From the NCBI GenBank assembly GCA_963727525.1, contig CAVSGO010000008.1, positions 32,001 to 96,000 on the forward strand: 64,000 nucleotides of DNA, written 5' to 3'. This DNA is from an uncultured bacterium (GTDB lineage: Bacteria > Krumholzibacteriota > Krumholzibacteriia > LZORAL124-64-63). The notes beneath the pieces are model-generated. The model was not told the origin of the DNA. It saw only the letters and a program-made list of their open reading frames with translations, and made no database searches. The position numbers were made by a program, and so were the translations under genes. Below, one piece after another: positions 31,397 to 40,462 of this stretch (the first letter of the stretch is position 1; each line of letters opens with the position of its first letter).

Positions 31397-31954
31397 CTAC
31401 TGTGCCTGCAACCGTTGTACCAGATCCTCGAGATCGCCGTCGTCGGAGTTCAGCGCGAGGCCGGCGATGGCGGCCAGATCGATGTCGCCCACGAGGTTGG
31501 CGAAGGTGGCGTCGCTGTCGTCGAGCACCATCACCATCCAGCCGGCGACACCCTTGTCGTCGCGCTGCGTGCTGACGGACACCAGCTCCTCCTTGCCCTG
31601 CACGTAGACCAGGCGCTGCCAGCCGTCTTTCTCCAGCGACTTCGCGATCTTGTCGAAATACCCACGTACGCGTGTGGCCTGCTCGGGCGGGAAGGCGAAC
31701 GACTTCACGTGCACGGCCTGGATGCGCGCGATGATCTGCGCCAGGGCGTCGTTGTCGGACGCTTCCTTCTTCACGACGTCGGCGAGCATGTCCGGACCGA
31801 GATCCACGAGGCGCACCTCCGTGGCGTCGTCGGGCACCTCGATCGCGCTCAGATCCACGTAGCCAGGCAGCCGGCTGGTGTCGTTCTTGGCGCTGGCGCT
31901 CACGGCCAGGGTGAGCAGCAGCACCATGATGGGGATTGTCCGCAGCGTCTTCAT
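31397..31954 (-). CDS. DUF4252-like secreted protein
   Basis: Signal peptide; PGYVDL, L..DGW..LV, FANLVGDIDL. Confidence 0.75.
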   Translation of the reverse strand: MKTLRTIPIMVLLLTLAVSASAKNDTSRLPGYVDLSAIEVPDDATEVRLVDLGPDMLADVVKKEASDNDALAQIIARIQAVHVKSFAFPPEQATRVRGYFDKIAKSLEKDGWQRLVYVQGKEELVSVSTQRDDKGVAGWMVMVLDDSDATFANLVGDIDLAAIAGLALNSDDGDLEDLVQRLQAQ

Positions 31955-32385
31955 CCTTCGCCTCCTCGCGACGGGGTCGCGTTCATGTCCAGGGACTTTC
32001 TGAGTGTGCGCGGCAGGCGACTGCCGAGCACGTCGGAAATGGTGGTCTTCTCGGCCACTGCGATGGCCTCGGCGGTGAGCAGGACGGCGGTGCGCGCCTG
32101 CTCGCTCGCGCGGGCGATCTCGGCGTCGCTGTGGCCGGGCGTGGCGGTCCGCGACCACGGCGACCACACGGCCAGAGCCGCGGCGACGGCCAGGACCGCG
32201 GCGATCTCGGACACGCGTGGCCACGTTCGCAATTCCGGCCACGGAAGCACCCGGCGCGGCGCCGTCCGGTCGGTGATGGCCATGAGGCGACGCCGCTGGG
32301 CCGCGGAGAGGTCGTGCCGAGGCAAGCGGCCCAGCGCTTCGCATAGGGTACGCTCGGTGACGAGGTCGTCGTCGTGACGTGTCAT
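31951..32385 (-). CDS. Putative single-TM anti-sigma factor
   Basis: Coupled to ECF gene; one TM helix (IAAVLAVAAALAVW). Confidence 0.6.
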   Translation of the reverse strand: MTRHDDDLVTERTLCEALGRLPRHDLSAAQRRRLMAITDRTAPRRVLPWPELRTWPRVSEIAAVLAVAAALAVWSPWSRTATPGHSDAEIARASEQARTAVLLTAEAIAVAEKTTISDVLGSRLPRTLRKSLDMNATPSRGGEG

Positions 32386-32939
32386 CCGGCCACTCGTTTC
32401 TGCGCGATCGGTTCGTCGCCACCGGGTGCCAGGAGGGGGCGTAGCGCCTTGCGCGCCCGGTGGATGCGTACCTTGATCGTGCTCTCGGGAACCTGCAGGA
32501 CGTCGGCGATCTCCCGCATCGTCAAACCCTGGTAGTAGTGCATGAGCACGACGCTCCGGCTGGCGGCCGGCAGCGTGTCGATGGCGGCCAGCACGGTGTG
32601 CTGCTGCTCGTCGAGCTGCACCTGGCGGTCGGGACCATCACCGGCCCCGGTCGCGCTCGCCAGGTTCGCCAGGTCGTCGCCGCCGACCACGTGCAGGTGC
32701 GCCCGCAGCGTCTTCAGCCGCCGCAGACGGTCGATGCACAGGTTGTGCGTCACGCGCATCAGCCACGCCGAGGCGCCGGCCAGATCATCGGCCGGACACT
32801 GCCGCCAGGCACGCAAAGAGGCTTCCTGCATCACGTCCTCGGCCTCGTGCCGATCCTGCAGCAGGTAGCAGGCGTGGCTGAACACGCGGTCGCCGGCGTG
32901 GTCGATGAGTGCGGTGAATGCCTTGCGGGACATGCTCAT
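32382..32939 (-). CDS. ECF sigma-70 factor
   Basis: AEDVMQEA, WLMRVTHNLCIDRLR, EIADVL..PESTIKVRIHRAR. Confidence 0.92.
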   Translation of the reverse strand: MSMSRKAFTALIDHAGDRVFSHACYLLQDRHEAEDVMQEASLRAWRQCPADDLAGASAWLMRVTHNLCIDRLRRLKTLRAHLHVVGGDDLANLASATGAGDGPDRQVQLDEQQHTVLAAIDTLPAASRSVVLMHYYQGLTMREIADVLQVPESTIKVRIHRARKALRPLLAPGGDEPIAQKRVAG

Positions 32940-33089
32940 GGCCACTCAACGCGCCAGCGGGTGCGAGGGTTACATGCCCCGTGAAGGGTCTTGGTGTGAA
33001 TAACCATTTTCATCTGTCACGCCCGGGGGACCCAATACGTAACCTCGGTTGTCCGCATTTTGAATGGTTTATCTGGATAGGAGGCAATC

Positions 33090-34088
33090 ATGCAGACAGG
33101 TGCGACGCGACGGACGGGATGTCTCGTGGACAGCATGGCTGGACGCGGGGCGTTGATGTTCGTGGCAGTGGTTCTCGTGGCGGCGATGGGCGTATCCACG
33201 GCACAGGCCGAGATCAACACGATGCTCACCCTGCACTTCACGAACCTCGCCACCCTCGATGAGGGCGTGGAGGGGCACTACGAGGGCTGGGCCATCGTGG
33301 GAGGCATGCCGATTTCCACCGGCGTCTTCAATGTCAATGCCATGGGGCAGCCCGTGGAACTGGGCGGCGGCCCGGTGATCAACGAGTTCATGACGGGCAT
33401 GGATCTGTCCATGGCAACCGCGATCAAGATCACGATCGAGCCGGCCGGCGACGCTGACCCGGCGCCGTCGGGTCTGGTGATCGTGGGCGGACCCGTGTCC
33501 GGCATGGATGCGGCGCTCACCACCGGTCTGGAATCGGTGGATGCCGCGACCTGCGCCTACTTTCTGGCCACGCCGAGCGACAACCCCGACATGCCGGACA
33601 ATAACGACCACGGCATCTGGTTCCTCACGATGCCCGGTCCCGAGCCCGGCTTCATGAACCTGCCCGACATCGGCCCCAACTGGACCTACGAGGGCTGGGT
33701 CGTGGACATCTCCGGCAGCTCGCCAGTGCCGTACTCGACCGGCAAGTTCTCCATGGCCACCGGTGCCGACAGCGACGCGGCCGGTCCCATGGGCGGCGGC
33801 CCACCGTTCCCCGGCCAGGACTTCGTGGCGTTCCAGGGCGGCCCCGTGCTCGACCTGGATACGGGCGACTTTGCGGCAGTGATCACCGTCGAACCGGTGC
33901 CGGACAACCTGCCGTCCCCGTTCCAGCTCAAGCCCTTCGCCGGGATGATCCCGACGGACGCCCTGGGCATGAACAACATGGTCGGCAACCAGACCGACGC
34001 CACCTTCCCCACCGGCGATGCGACCCTCAACAACGAGGTGCCCGTCGAGCAGGCTAACTGGGGCAGCGTGAAGGCGCTGTATCGCTGA
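33090..34088 (+). CDS. Secreted protein with two YEGW repeats and C-terminal WGSVKALYR tail
   Basis: AGGAGG RBS; signal peptide; HYEGW..STGVF and TYEGW..STGKF; GPPFPGQDF. Confidence 0.75.
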   Translation: MQTGATRRTGCLVDSMAGRGALMFVAVVLVAAMGVSTAQAEINTMLTLHFTNLATLDEGVEGHYEGWAIVGGMPISTGVFNVNAMGQPVELGGGPVINEFMTGMDLSMATAIKITIEPAGDADPAPSGLVIVGGPVSGMDAALTTGLESVDAATCAYFLATPSDNPDMPDNNDHGIWFLTMPGPEPGFMNLPDIGPNWTYEGWVVDISGSSPVPYSTGKFSMATGADSDAAGPMGGGPPFPGQDFVAFQGGPVLDLDTGDFAAVITVEPVPDNLPSPFQLKPFAGMIPTDALGMNNMVGNQTDATFPTGDATLNNEVPVEQANWGSVKALYR

Positions 34089-34110
34089 TCCGCGATAGCC
34101 ACGATCGAGA

Positions 34111-34137
34111 GGCCGCCTCTTCATCGAAGAGGCGGCC
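34111..34137. terminator. Bidirectional hairpin
   Basis: ggccgcctcttc-atc-gaagaggcggcc. Confidence 0.75.
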
Positions 34138-34160
34138 CCTTGATCATACGGTCCTCGCCC

Positions 34161-34997
34161 TCAACGAACCGGGCGTGCGACGGCGAACGCGGTGACGGCG
34201 GCGAGCGTGGAGTCCGGCCGATCCGCGCCGTCGAGGGACATGAAGGAGAGTGTGTAGCGTCGTCCGGGTCGGAGCATGCGGGACGGCACGCGCAGGACGG
34301 GGACCTTCGCGCCGTCGCTCTGGCGCACCCAGCGCGTTTGACGCGCCACCCGCACGAGAACCGTGTCCGGATCGCTGGCCCCGAGCATGGCGGTATAGGG
34401 AGCGTCGACGACGAGGTCCCCCGATGCGGCGGGGGCGAGGTCGACCAATCGTGCCGGGGATGGCAGATGGATCATCGACGGCAAGATATGCTCACCGCGC
34501 AGCACGAGATGGGGCACGACCCGCACGAGTGGCGCTCGCGAGCCATGCCTCAGGAAGGCCAGGTCATTCGGGAGCAGGTCGTGGGACAGCACGGCGATCG
34601 CCATGCCGGCGGCGACGGCGAACGCCGGTAGCGCGAATCGCAGCCAGCGCCCGGGCCTCGCAGTTCCGCGTCGCGGCGCCGGCCCTGCAGCCCGCTCCAC
34701 CAGCTCGGCGAGCGGCACGGTCACGGCGCTCATGCGCGCGGCGAGGTCGCTGCCATCCGCGTCGTCGTGGACCTGAATGAGCGCGAGGATCTCGCCCTGG
34801 AACGCCGGATCGCCGTGCATCGCCTCGCGCATCTGCCGCCTCTGGGTAGGCGTGGCCACACCGCGGACGTAGGCGTCGATGACGTCGTTGCCCGGGCGCC
34901 GCCAACCCGGCGCCTGGTCCTCGGCAGCGGACAGCAACAGGCGAGCGACCGCGGCCGCGAAGGTATCGAGATCGTCGCGTGGCTCACCGTGCGTCAT
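34161..34997 (-). CDS. Putative anti-sigma factor (cytoplasmic N-domain, TM, extracytoplasmic domain)
   Basis: IDAYVRG..T..QR..M anti-sigma-like helix; TM WLRFALPAFAVAAGMAIAVL; overlaps sigma stop. Confidence 0.55.
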   Translation of the reverse strand: MTHGEPRDDLDTFAAAVARLLLSAAEDQAPGWRRPGNDVIDAYVRGVATPTQRRQMREAMHGDPAFQGEILALIQVHDDADGSDLAARMSAVTVPLAELVERAAGPAPRRGTARPGRWLRFALPAFAVAAGMAIAVLSHDLLPNDLAFLRHGSRAPLVRVVPHLVLRGEHILPSMIHLPSPARLVDLAPAASGDLVVDAPYTAMLGASDPDTVLVRVARQTRWVRQSDGAKVPVLRVPSRMLRPGRRYTLSFMSLDGADRPDSTLAAVTAFAVARPVR

Positions 34998-35659
34998 CGC
35001 GGCACCTCGCGCAGGATTCCCGTGCGGGCCAATCGCTTCTGCAGACGACCGAGGCACCGCCGGTAGCGGTTGCCGACCTCGGCGTTGGCCTCGGGTCGGC
35101 GCAACATGCGCGCGATCTCCTGGTTGTCGTAGCCGCGCCGCAGCCGCCACTCGAGGAGGCAGTAGCACGGCGTGCCGCGGAACGACTCCAGCTCGCTGAC
35201 CAGTTTCTCGCGCAACAACACGTCGGCCTCGGCTCGCGCGGCGGCGGTATGGCCGGCCACGCGATTCACGATATCCGAGTTTACCTGCACCTTGCGCCTC
35301 TGCATGGCTTGACGGCGAATGAGTTCACGGACCTTGTGGTCGGCTCCCACCCGCAGCCAGGCCACGAACGGCCGCCCCTGCGGCCGGTACTTGCGGAGTT
35401 GACGCAGATCATTGTCGACGAAGTGAATGAGCACCTCCACTACGACCTCGTGTGTGCTCCAGTCCGGCAATCCGCGGAACACGGGCAGAGGACGTGCCAT
35501 GAGGTACCGGTAGCCGAGCTCGAGAAAACGCAGACGCGCTCGCCCGGCATCGCGCCCCAGGTCACGTACGAATCCGGGTTCGCTTTCGTACAGCTCCGCC
35601 GCGTCGTGGTCTGGTGCGGCGACGCGCGCCGCGGCGACATCTTGTGCCCGATTGAACAC
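34994..35659 (-). CDS. Divergent ECF-type sigma factor
   Basis: LRKYRP..RPFVAWLR..A.HKVRELIRR (region 2); GYDNQEIARML (region 4). Confidence 0.7.
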   Translation of the reverse strand: MFNRAQDVAAARVAAPDHDAAELYESEPGFVRDLGRDAGRARLRFLELGYRYLMARPLPVFRGLPDWSTHEVVVEVLIHFVDNDLRQLRKYRPQGRPFVAWLRVGADHKVRELIRRQAMQRRKVQVNSDIVNRVAGHTAAARAEADVLLREKLVSELESFRGTPCYCLLEWRLRRGYDNQEIARMLRRPEANAEVGNRYRRCLGRLQKRLARTGILREVPR

Positions 35660-35899
35660 GCACGCTCTCCCTCGCTGATCGGTGCGTGACCATATTACCG
35701 TACCGGCGTAATTGTGCCTCGAAGATTGTTGGCGAGGCCGCGATGGTCAGGGCCGAACGATCTCGTGACCCTTCTGATAACGCACGGCGACCTCACGATT
35801 CTGCAATCGCCAGGCACCTTTGCAACGCAGGACCGCTGTGCTAAGCTCGCCCCATCTCGAACGGCGCCACGGCAAGCACGCACGGAAGGCGCGTTACTG

Positions 35900-38455
35900 A
35901 TGCCATGCAAGCTCTTGATCTGCTTGTTCTTCGTCGGATCTCTCGAGGCTGGGGGCGCCGGTATCGTCGCGGCAGCGGAGCCTTCCGCGACCGTCGCGGC
36001 AACGGTCGATAGCCTCGGTCGAGCCTACGAGGCTGCCGCCGATCGGCTCGCCTGGGACGAGGCGATCGACGCCGGCCGGGCCGAGGCCGACCTGTGCCGG
36101 GCGCAGTGGGGCGACGACGACCCGCGCACGCTCACGGCCATGGACCGCATGGCCGTGGCCCTCGACGAACTCGGCCGCTGGGATGAGGCCGACCCGCTTT
36201 ACCGGCGCGTGCTAGCCGGGCGCCGTCGGGTGCTGGGGCCGCGACACCCCGATACCATCGTCAGCATGGTGAACCTGGGATCGCTCGCCCGGATCGAGGG
36301 GCGCTATCGCGAGGCTGAGCCGCTGCTCACCGAGGCTGTCGCCATGCGCCGCTCGCTCGCGTCGCCCGATCCCCAGGAACTGGCGAACGATCTCGAGAAC
36401 CTCGGCGGCATGAAGAAGGAGATCGGCGACCACGCGACGGCCGCCGAGTGTTTCCGCGAGGCGCTGGGACTCTCCACGAGCCTGGGCGACGCGCGAGCGA
36501 TGGCGCGCGGGCAGAACAACCTGGCGCTCGCCCTCTTCAAGGGCGGGAGGTACGACGAGGCCGATTCCCTGCTGCTCTGCTCTCTCGCGATCCGGGAGAA
36601 TGAATACGGCGCTGACGATCCGCGCGTGGCCACCGTCCTGACCAACCTGGGCCACCTGCGCCGGGAGCGCCAAGACTATGGCACGGCCGAGGATTGCATG
36701 CGGCGGGTCGTCGCGATCCGTGAAGTCGGTGGTGCCGCGATCGGACCCGATCGGCTGCCCAGCGCTCTCGCGGAACTGGCAGCCACCTTGCAGTGCGAGG
36801 CGAAGTTCGCGGAGAGCGAGGCGCTGATGCGCCGTGCCCTGGCGCTGCGCGTCGAGCAGTTCGGCGACGACGATTATCGCGTGGGCGAGAGTCTGTGCGC
36901 CCTCGCCGACCTGCTCTGCGCCGAGCGCCGCTTCGACGAGGCGCTCCCGGTCCTGGAGCAGGCCGCCACGAACTACGAGCACGTGCGGCTCAACGTGAAA
37001 CCCGGCGCCGCGCGTGCCTTGTATCGCGAGTCGCCGTATGCCCGGCTGGCCTACATGCGACTGATGCAGGACGACGGCGAGGGCGCGTGGGACGCGGCGG
37101 AGTTGCACCTCTCGCGAGGGCTGGCGGATGTGCTCCTGCCTCGCGATGCGGATGTCGCGGCGCCGGCGCGTCCCGACCGGCGCGCGCTGCAGTCCGTCCT
37201 TGCGCCGGACGAGGCGCTGGTCGGCTGGCTGCGTCCCTGGGCGCACGTGAGCGCGGGCGCGGCGAACGATCAGGTCTGGGCCTACTGCATCCGCGCGCAT
37301 GGTCCGGTGACCTGGGTGCGTCTGCCCCTCGCAGCGCGCGACGCAGCCTGGGACCTCGCCGACGAGGGCCGGGAGCTGACGGAGTTTCCCGAATGGCGCG
37401 ACGCGCCGGTCGACACGAGCCTGGCGCGCGTGGCCGCGGCGTGGCTGGATCCGCTGCGTCCCCTGCTCGCCGACATCCGGCACCTGCTCGTCGTGGTGGC
37501 CGGGGGGTTGCAAGGTGTGCCGCTCGCGTGTCTGCCCGACGCGCGGGACGGTGGGTACGTCGGCGACCGCTTCGCCGTCAGCTACGTTCCCTCGGCTGCG
37601 ATCCTCGTCGCGATGCGCGCGCGCAGTTCCGGTGGTCTCGCCCCATTCCGATCCGGCACCTGCTTCGCGCTCGGCGATCCGCCATTCAACCCTGATGAAG
37701 CAGCCGCGATGCAGCGCGATCCCGCGCCGGACTGCCATCTCGTCGTCGCCGCGCGACGCGCGCGCGGCGCGACGGGCGGCACCACCCGGATCTCCTTGCG
37801 CAACGCCATGCTCGCGGGCAGCCCCACGGCGCTCACGCAGCTCGAGCGCCTGCCCTGCACGCGGCACGAGGCCGAGCTGGTCGTGGCGCGCCACGCACCA
37901 GGATCGGTACTCCTCATCGGCGAGGATGCGAGCGAGGCGGCGATCCGGGACCTCGCCGTGTCGGGCTCGCTCGCGCGCTTCCAGACGCTCCATTTCGCGA
38001 CCCATGCGCTGCCCGACGATGCGCGCCCCCTGCGGTCCTGCCTCGTGCTGGCCCAGACCGCACCCGTCGATAGCAGCGATGCCACACTCGACGGTCGTCT
38101 GACGGCCGGCGAGATCACGGCGTGGCGACTCCACGCCGATCTCGTGACGCTGAGCGCGTGCCAGACGGCCCTGGGACGGCAGGAGCGCGGCGAAGGCACG
38201 ATCGGTCTGGCCTGGGCATTCCTGAGCGCGGGGGCGCGGAGTGTGCTGGTGAGTCTGTGGGACGTGGAGGACGCGTCGACCGCGCTGCTCATGGACCGCT
38301 TCTACCGCAACTGGCGCGGTACGCCGTCCCTGGCGCGCGACGACGCCCTGCGCGAGGCGCAGCGCTGGCTCCGCGATCTCGAGGTGGACGGTCAGCGTCC
38401 GTACGCCGACCCGTTCTTCTGGTCCGGGTTCATCCTCGTGGGCGACCCGCGCTAG
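35900..38455 (+). CDS. TPR-CHAT (caspase-like HetF) protease, signal-peptide-like N terminus
   Basis: TPR repeats (HPDTIVSMVNLG); LPCTRHEA, HFATH, LSACQT, AFLSAGA..VLVSLW.V, PFFWSGF. Confidence 0.92.
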   Translation: MPCKLLICLFFVGSLEAGGAGIVAAAEPSATVAATVDSLGRAYEAAADRLAWDEAIDAGRAEADLCRAQWGDDDPRTLTAMDRMAVALDELGRWDEADPLYRRVLAGRRRVLGPRHPDTIVSMVNLGSLARIEGRYREAEPLLTEAVAMRRSLASPDPQELANDLENLGGMKKEIGDHATAAECFREALGLSTSLGDARAMARGQNNLALALFKGGRYDEADSLLLCSLAIRENEYGADDPRVATVLTNLGHLRRERQDYGTAEDCMRRVVAIREVGGAAIGPDRLPSALAELAATLQCEAKFAESEALMRRALALRVEQFGDDDYRVGESLCALADLLCAERRFDEALPVLEQAATNYEHVRLNVKPGAARALYRESPYARLAYMRLMQDDGEGAWDAAELHLSRGLADVLLPRDADVAAPARPDRRALQSVLAPDEALVGWLRPWAHVSAGAANDQVWAYCIRAHGPVTWVRLPLAARDAAWDLADEGRELTEFPEWRDAPVDTSLARVAAAWLDPLRPLLADIRHLLVVVAGGLQGVPLACLPDARDGGYVGDRFAVSYVPSAAILVAMRARSSGGLAPFRSGTCFALGDPPFNPDEAAAMQRDPAPDCHLVVAARRARGATGGTTRISLRNAMLAGSPTALTQLERLPCTRHEAELVVARHAPGSVLLIGEDASEAAIRDLAVSGSLARFQTLHFATHALPDDARPLRSCLVLAQTAPVDSSDATLDGRLTAGEITAWRLHADLVTLSACQTALGRQERGEGTIGLAWAFLSAGARSVLVSLWDVEDASTALLMDRFYRNWRGTPSLARDDALREAQRWLRDLEVDGQRPYADPFFWSGFILVGDPR

Positions 38456-38500
38456 CCCGGTGCCGGCCGACCGTTTTTCGGCACACCGACCGTATGGCTG

Positions 38501-40279
38501 TCACTGCACCTTCACGAGCTTGCCCACCCGCGACGCGGCGCCCACCTGCACCCGGTACAGGTACACGCCCGAGGGCGCGGCGCGGCCGGAGGTGTCGCGG
38601 CCGTCCCAGGCCACGAGTTGCGATCCGCCGTCGAGGGGGCCGTTCTGCAGGCGCGCCACGCGACGGCCGCGCAGGTCGTAGATGTCCACCAGCACCTGGG
38701 CCGGGTGGGCGAGGGCCAGGCGCAGCGCCGTGGCCTCGCCGAAGGGATTCACCGTGGGCCGCGCTCCGAAGGCCAGGGCGCCGTCGGGCGTGGCGCTCGG
38801 CGTGCCCACCTGTACGGTCACAGACACGGTGTCGTTCGCGGGGTCCGCATCGCCTGGCAGCGACGTGGTGGCGGTGAGGGTGTAGGTGCCCGATGGCGGC
38901 GTCCAGTCGGCGTCCACCGCGACCGTATCCATCGCCGCGAAGGCGAGGTCGCGCGTGAACGACGCGTCGCCCCAGTCGCCGCTCAGCGTCACGCTCACGC
39001 CGGTCTGATCGGCCAGGCCATAGTTGGTGGCGAGGATCGCGATGGGGATGGGTTCGCCCACGCCGAACACGTCGCCGTCGTTCACTCCCACGAAGCGCAG
39101 GATGCCCACGTCGTCGTCGGCCGGCGTGCCGATGAGCCGGTTCAAGCAGAACTTCGTGAGGTACGTCGTCACCCACGTCATGTCCTCGGTGGGTTGGTCC
39201 ACCGTCTCGGCGGTGATGCCGCCGTCGTCGTCGGTGTCGAGGGAGAGCAGCGCATCGGTCACGAGCACGCCGTTGTCGCGGTAGGTCGTGTTGCCGGTGA
39301 TGTCGTACATCGCGAAGTGTCCGTTGGCGTAGGCGACGTTCCAGGCGCTGTTCCAGTCGTAGCCCACGGTGTTGTACCAGTCCTGCCACACGTCGACATA
39401 ACCGCCGTCGAGGTCGATCCAGGCGGAACCGGCCGCGGGATCATCGCGGAAGACCGAGTTGCACACGCCCCACACGCAGGTGCCCGCGCTCATGGCCCAA
39501 TACTCCCAGCCGAGGCGTGCCGACGGCGCGGCATCGAGCCACGCGAGCACGTCCTGGCCCTGGTTGACGGCGGTGGACATGAGCGCCGGATCGCCGATCG
39601 CCTCGGCGTAGAGGTAGAGGCTTCCCGCGGCCCAGCCTTTCACGAAGGCCCGCAGGCGTTGCGACCACGTGTCGGTGACGTTGAGATTGAGGGAGTGCGT
39701 GCGGATGTACGCGGCGCACGTGACGGCGTACGACTCGTAGTTCATGTCGCCGGTGGCGGCCTGGTATTGCAGCACGGCGGTGAGGCCCCAGGCGCAGTTG
39801 TGGACGCGATAATAATCGTCGCCCACGCTGCCTTCCTCATTCCAGGCGGGGAACTGCAGGCAGTACTGCCAGGCGTTGGCGACGTAGGCGTCGTAGTCGG
39901 TGCGACCCGTCAGTTCGCGAAAGCGCGACCACACCCAGATGGCCTCGAGGGTGTTGTCGGTCTGGATCACGCCGCCCAGCTCGCCCGATTCGGCCTCGAT
40001 CTCGCCCCCGTAGTTCAAGGAGTGGGCATCGGGGTACTGCCACTGCGCCAGGAACGCGGCGATCTGCGCGAACTCCCGCAGGTAGTTGAACGGCCCCAGC
40101 GGTGCCGGCAGCGTGCGCATGCCCTGCGGGCCGGCGATGTCGGGGGGGATCAGCGCGTCGTCCGGCGTGCGCGGCGGCACGGGAACGGTGGCGTGCGCAT
40201 CGGTGGCGAGTCCGAGCAACAGGCCCACCACGGCGATGGCGAGCACGCTGACGATGGCGCGGCGCGAGAACGACGTCAT
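38501..40279 (-). CDS. Secreted helical-barrel enzyme-like protein with CARDB-like and FlgD-Ig C-terminal domains
   Basis: Signal peptide; helical W/Y-rich core; NYG..DQ..GTYTL..D..PAND; NPF..WDGRD..GVYLY. Confidence 0.7.
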   Translation of the reverse strand: MTSFSRRAIVSVLAIAVVGLLLGLATDAHATVPVPPRTPDDALIPPDIAGPQGMRTLPAPLGPFNYLREFAQIAAFLAQWQYPDAHSLNYGGEIEAESGELGGVIQTDNTLEAIWVWSRFRELTGRTDYDAYVANAWQYCLQFPAWNEEGSVGDDYYRVHNCAWGLTAVLQYQAATGDMNYESYAVTCAAYIRTHSLNLNVTDTWSQRLRAFVKGWAAGSLYLYAEAIGDPALMSTAVNQGQDVLAWLDAAPSARLGWEYWAMSAGTCVWGVCNSVFRDDPAAGSAWIDLDGGYVDVWQDWYNTVGYDWNSAWNVAYANGHFAMYDITGNTTYRDNGVLVTDALLSLDTDDDGGITAETVDQPTEDMTWVTTYLTKFCLNRLIGTPADDDVGILRFVGVNDGDVFGVGEPIPIAILATNYGLADQTGVSVTLSGDWGDASFTRDLAFAAMDTVAVDADWTPPSGTYTLTATTSLPGDADPANDTVSVTVQVGTPSATPDGALAFGARPTVNPFGEATALRLALAHPAQVLVDIYDLRGRRVARLQNGPLDGGSQLVAWDGRDTSGRAAPSGVYLYRVQVGAASRVGKLVKVQ

Positions 40280-40462
40280 GACGACCTCCACGATTCGGGC
40301 GATCCGGGGACGCCCCGATGACAGAACCCCTTGTGTGGCCGCATTGTAGCACAGGACCCGCTTCCGTGGGGTCGCAATCCCGCGCCTGACGGGCGCTCCG
40401 GCGGGTTCCGTGGTACGATGGCCACGCACGTTCGTCCGGACGACCAGCGGAGGAAGAACACC

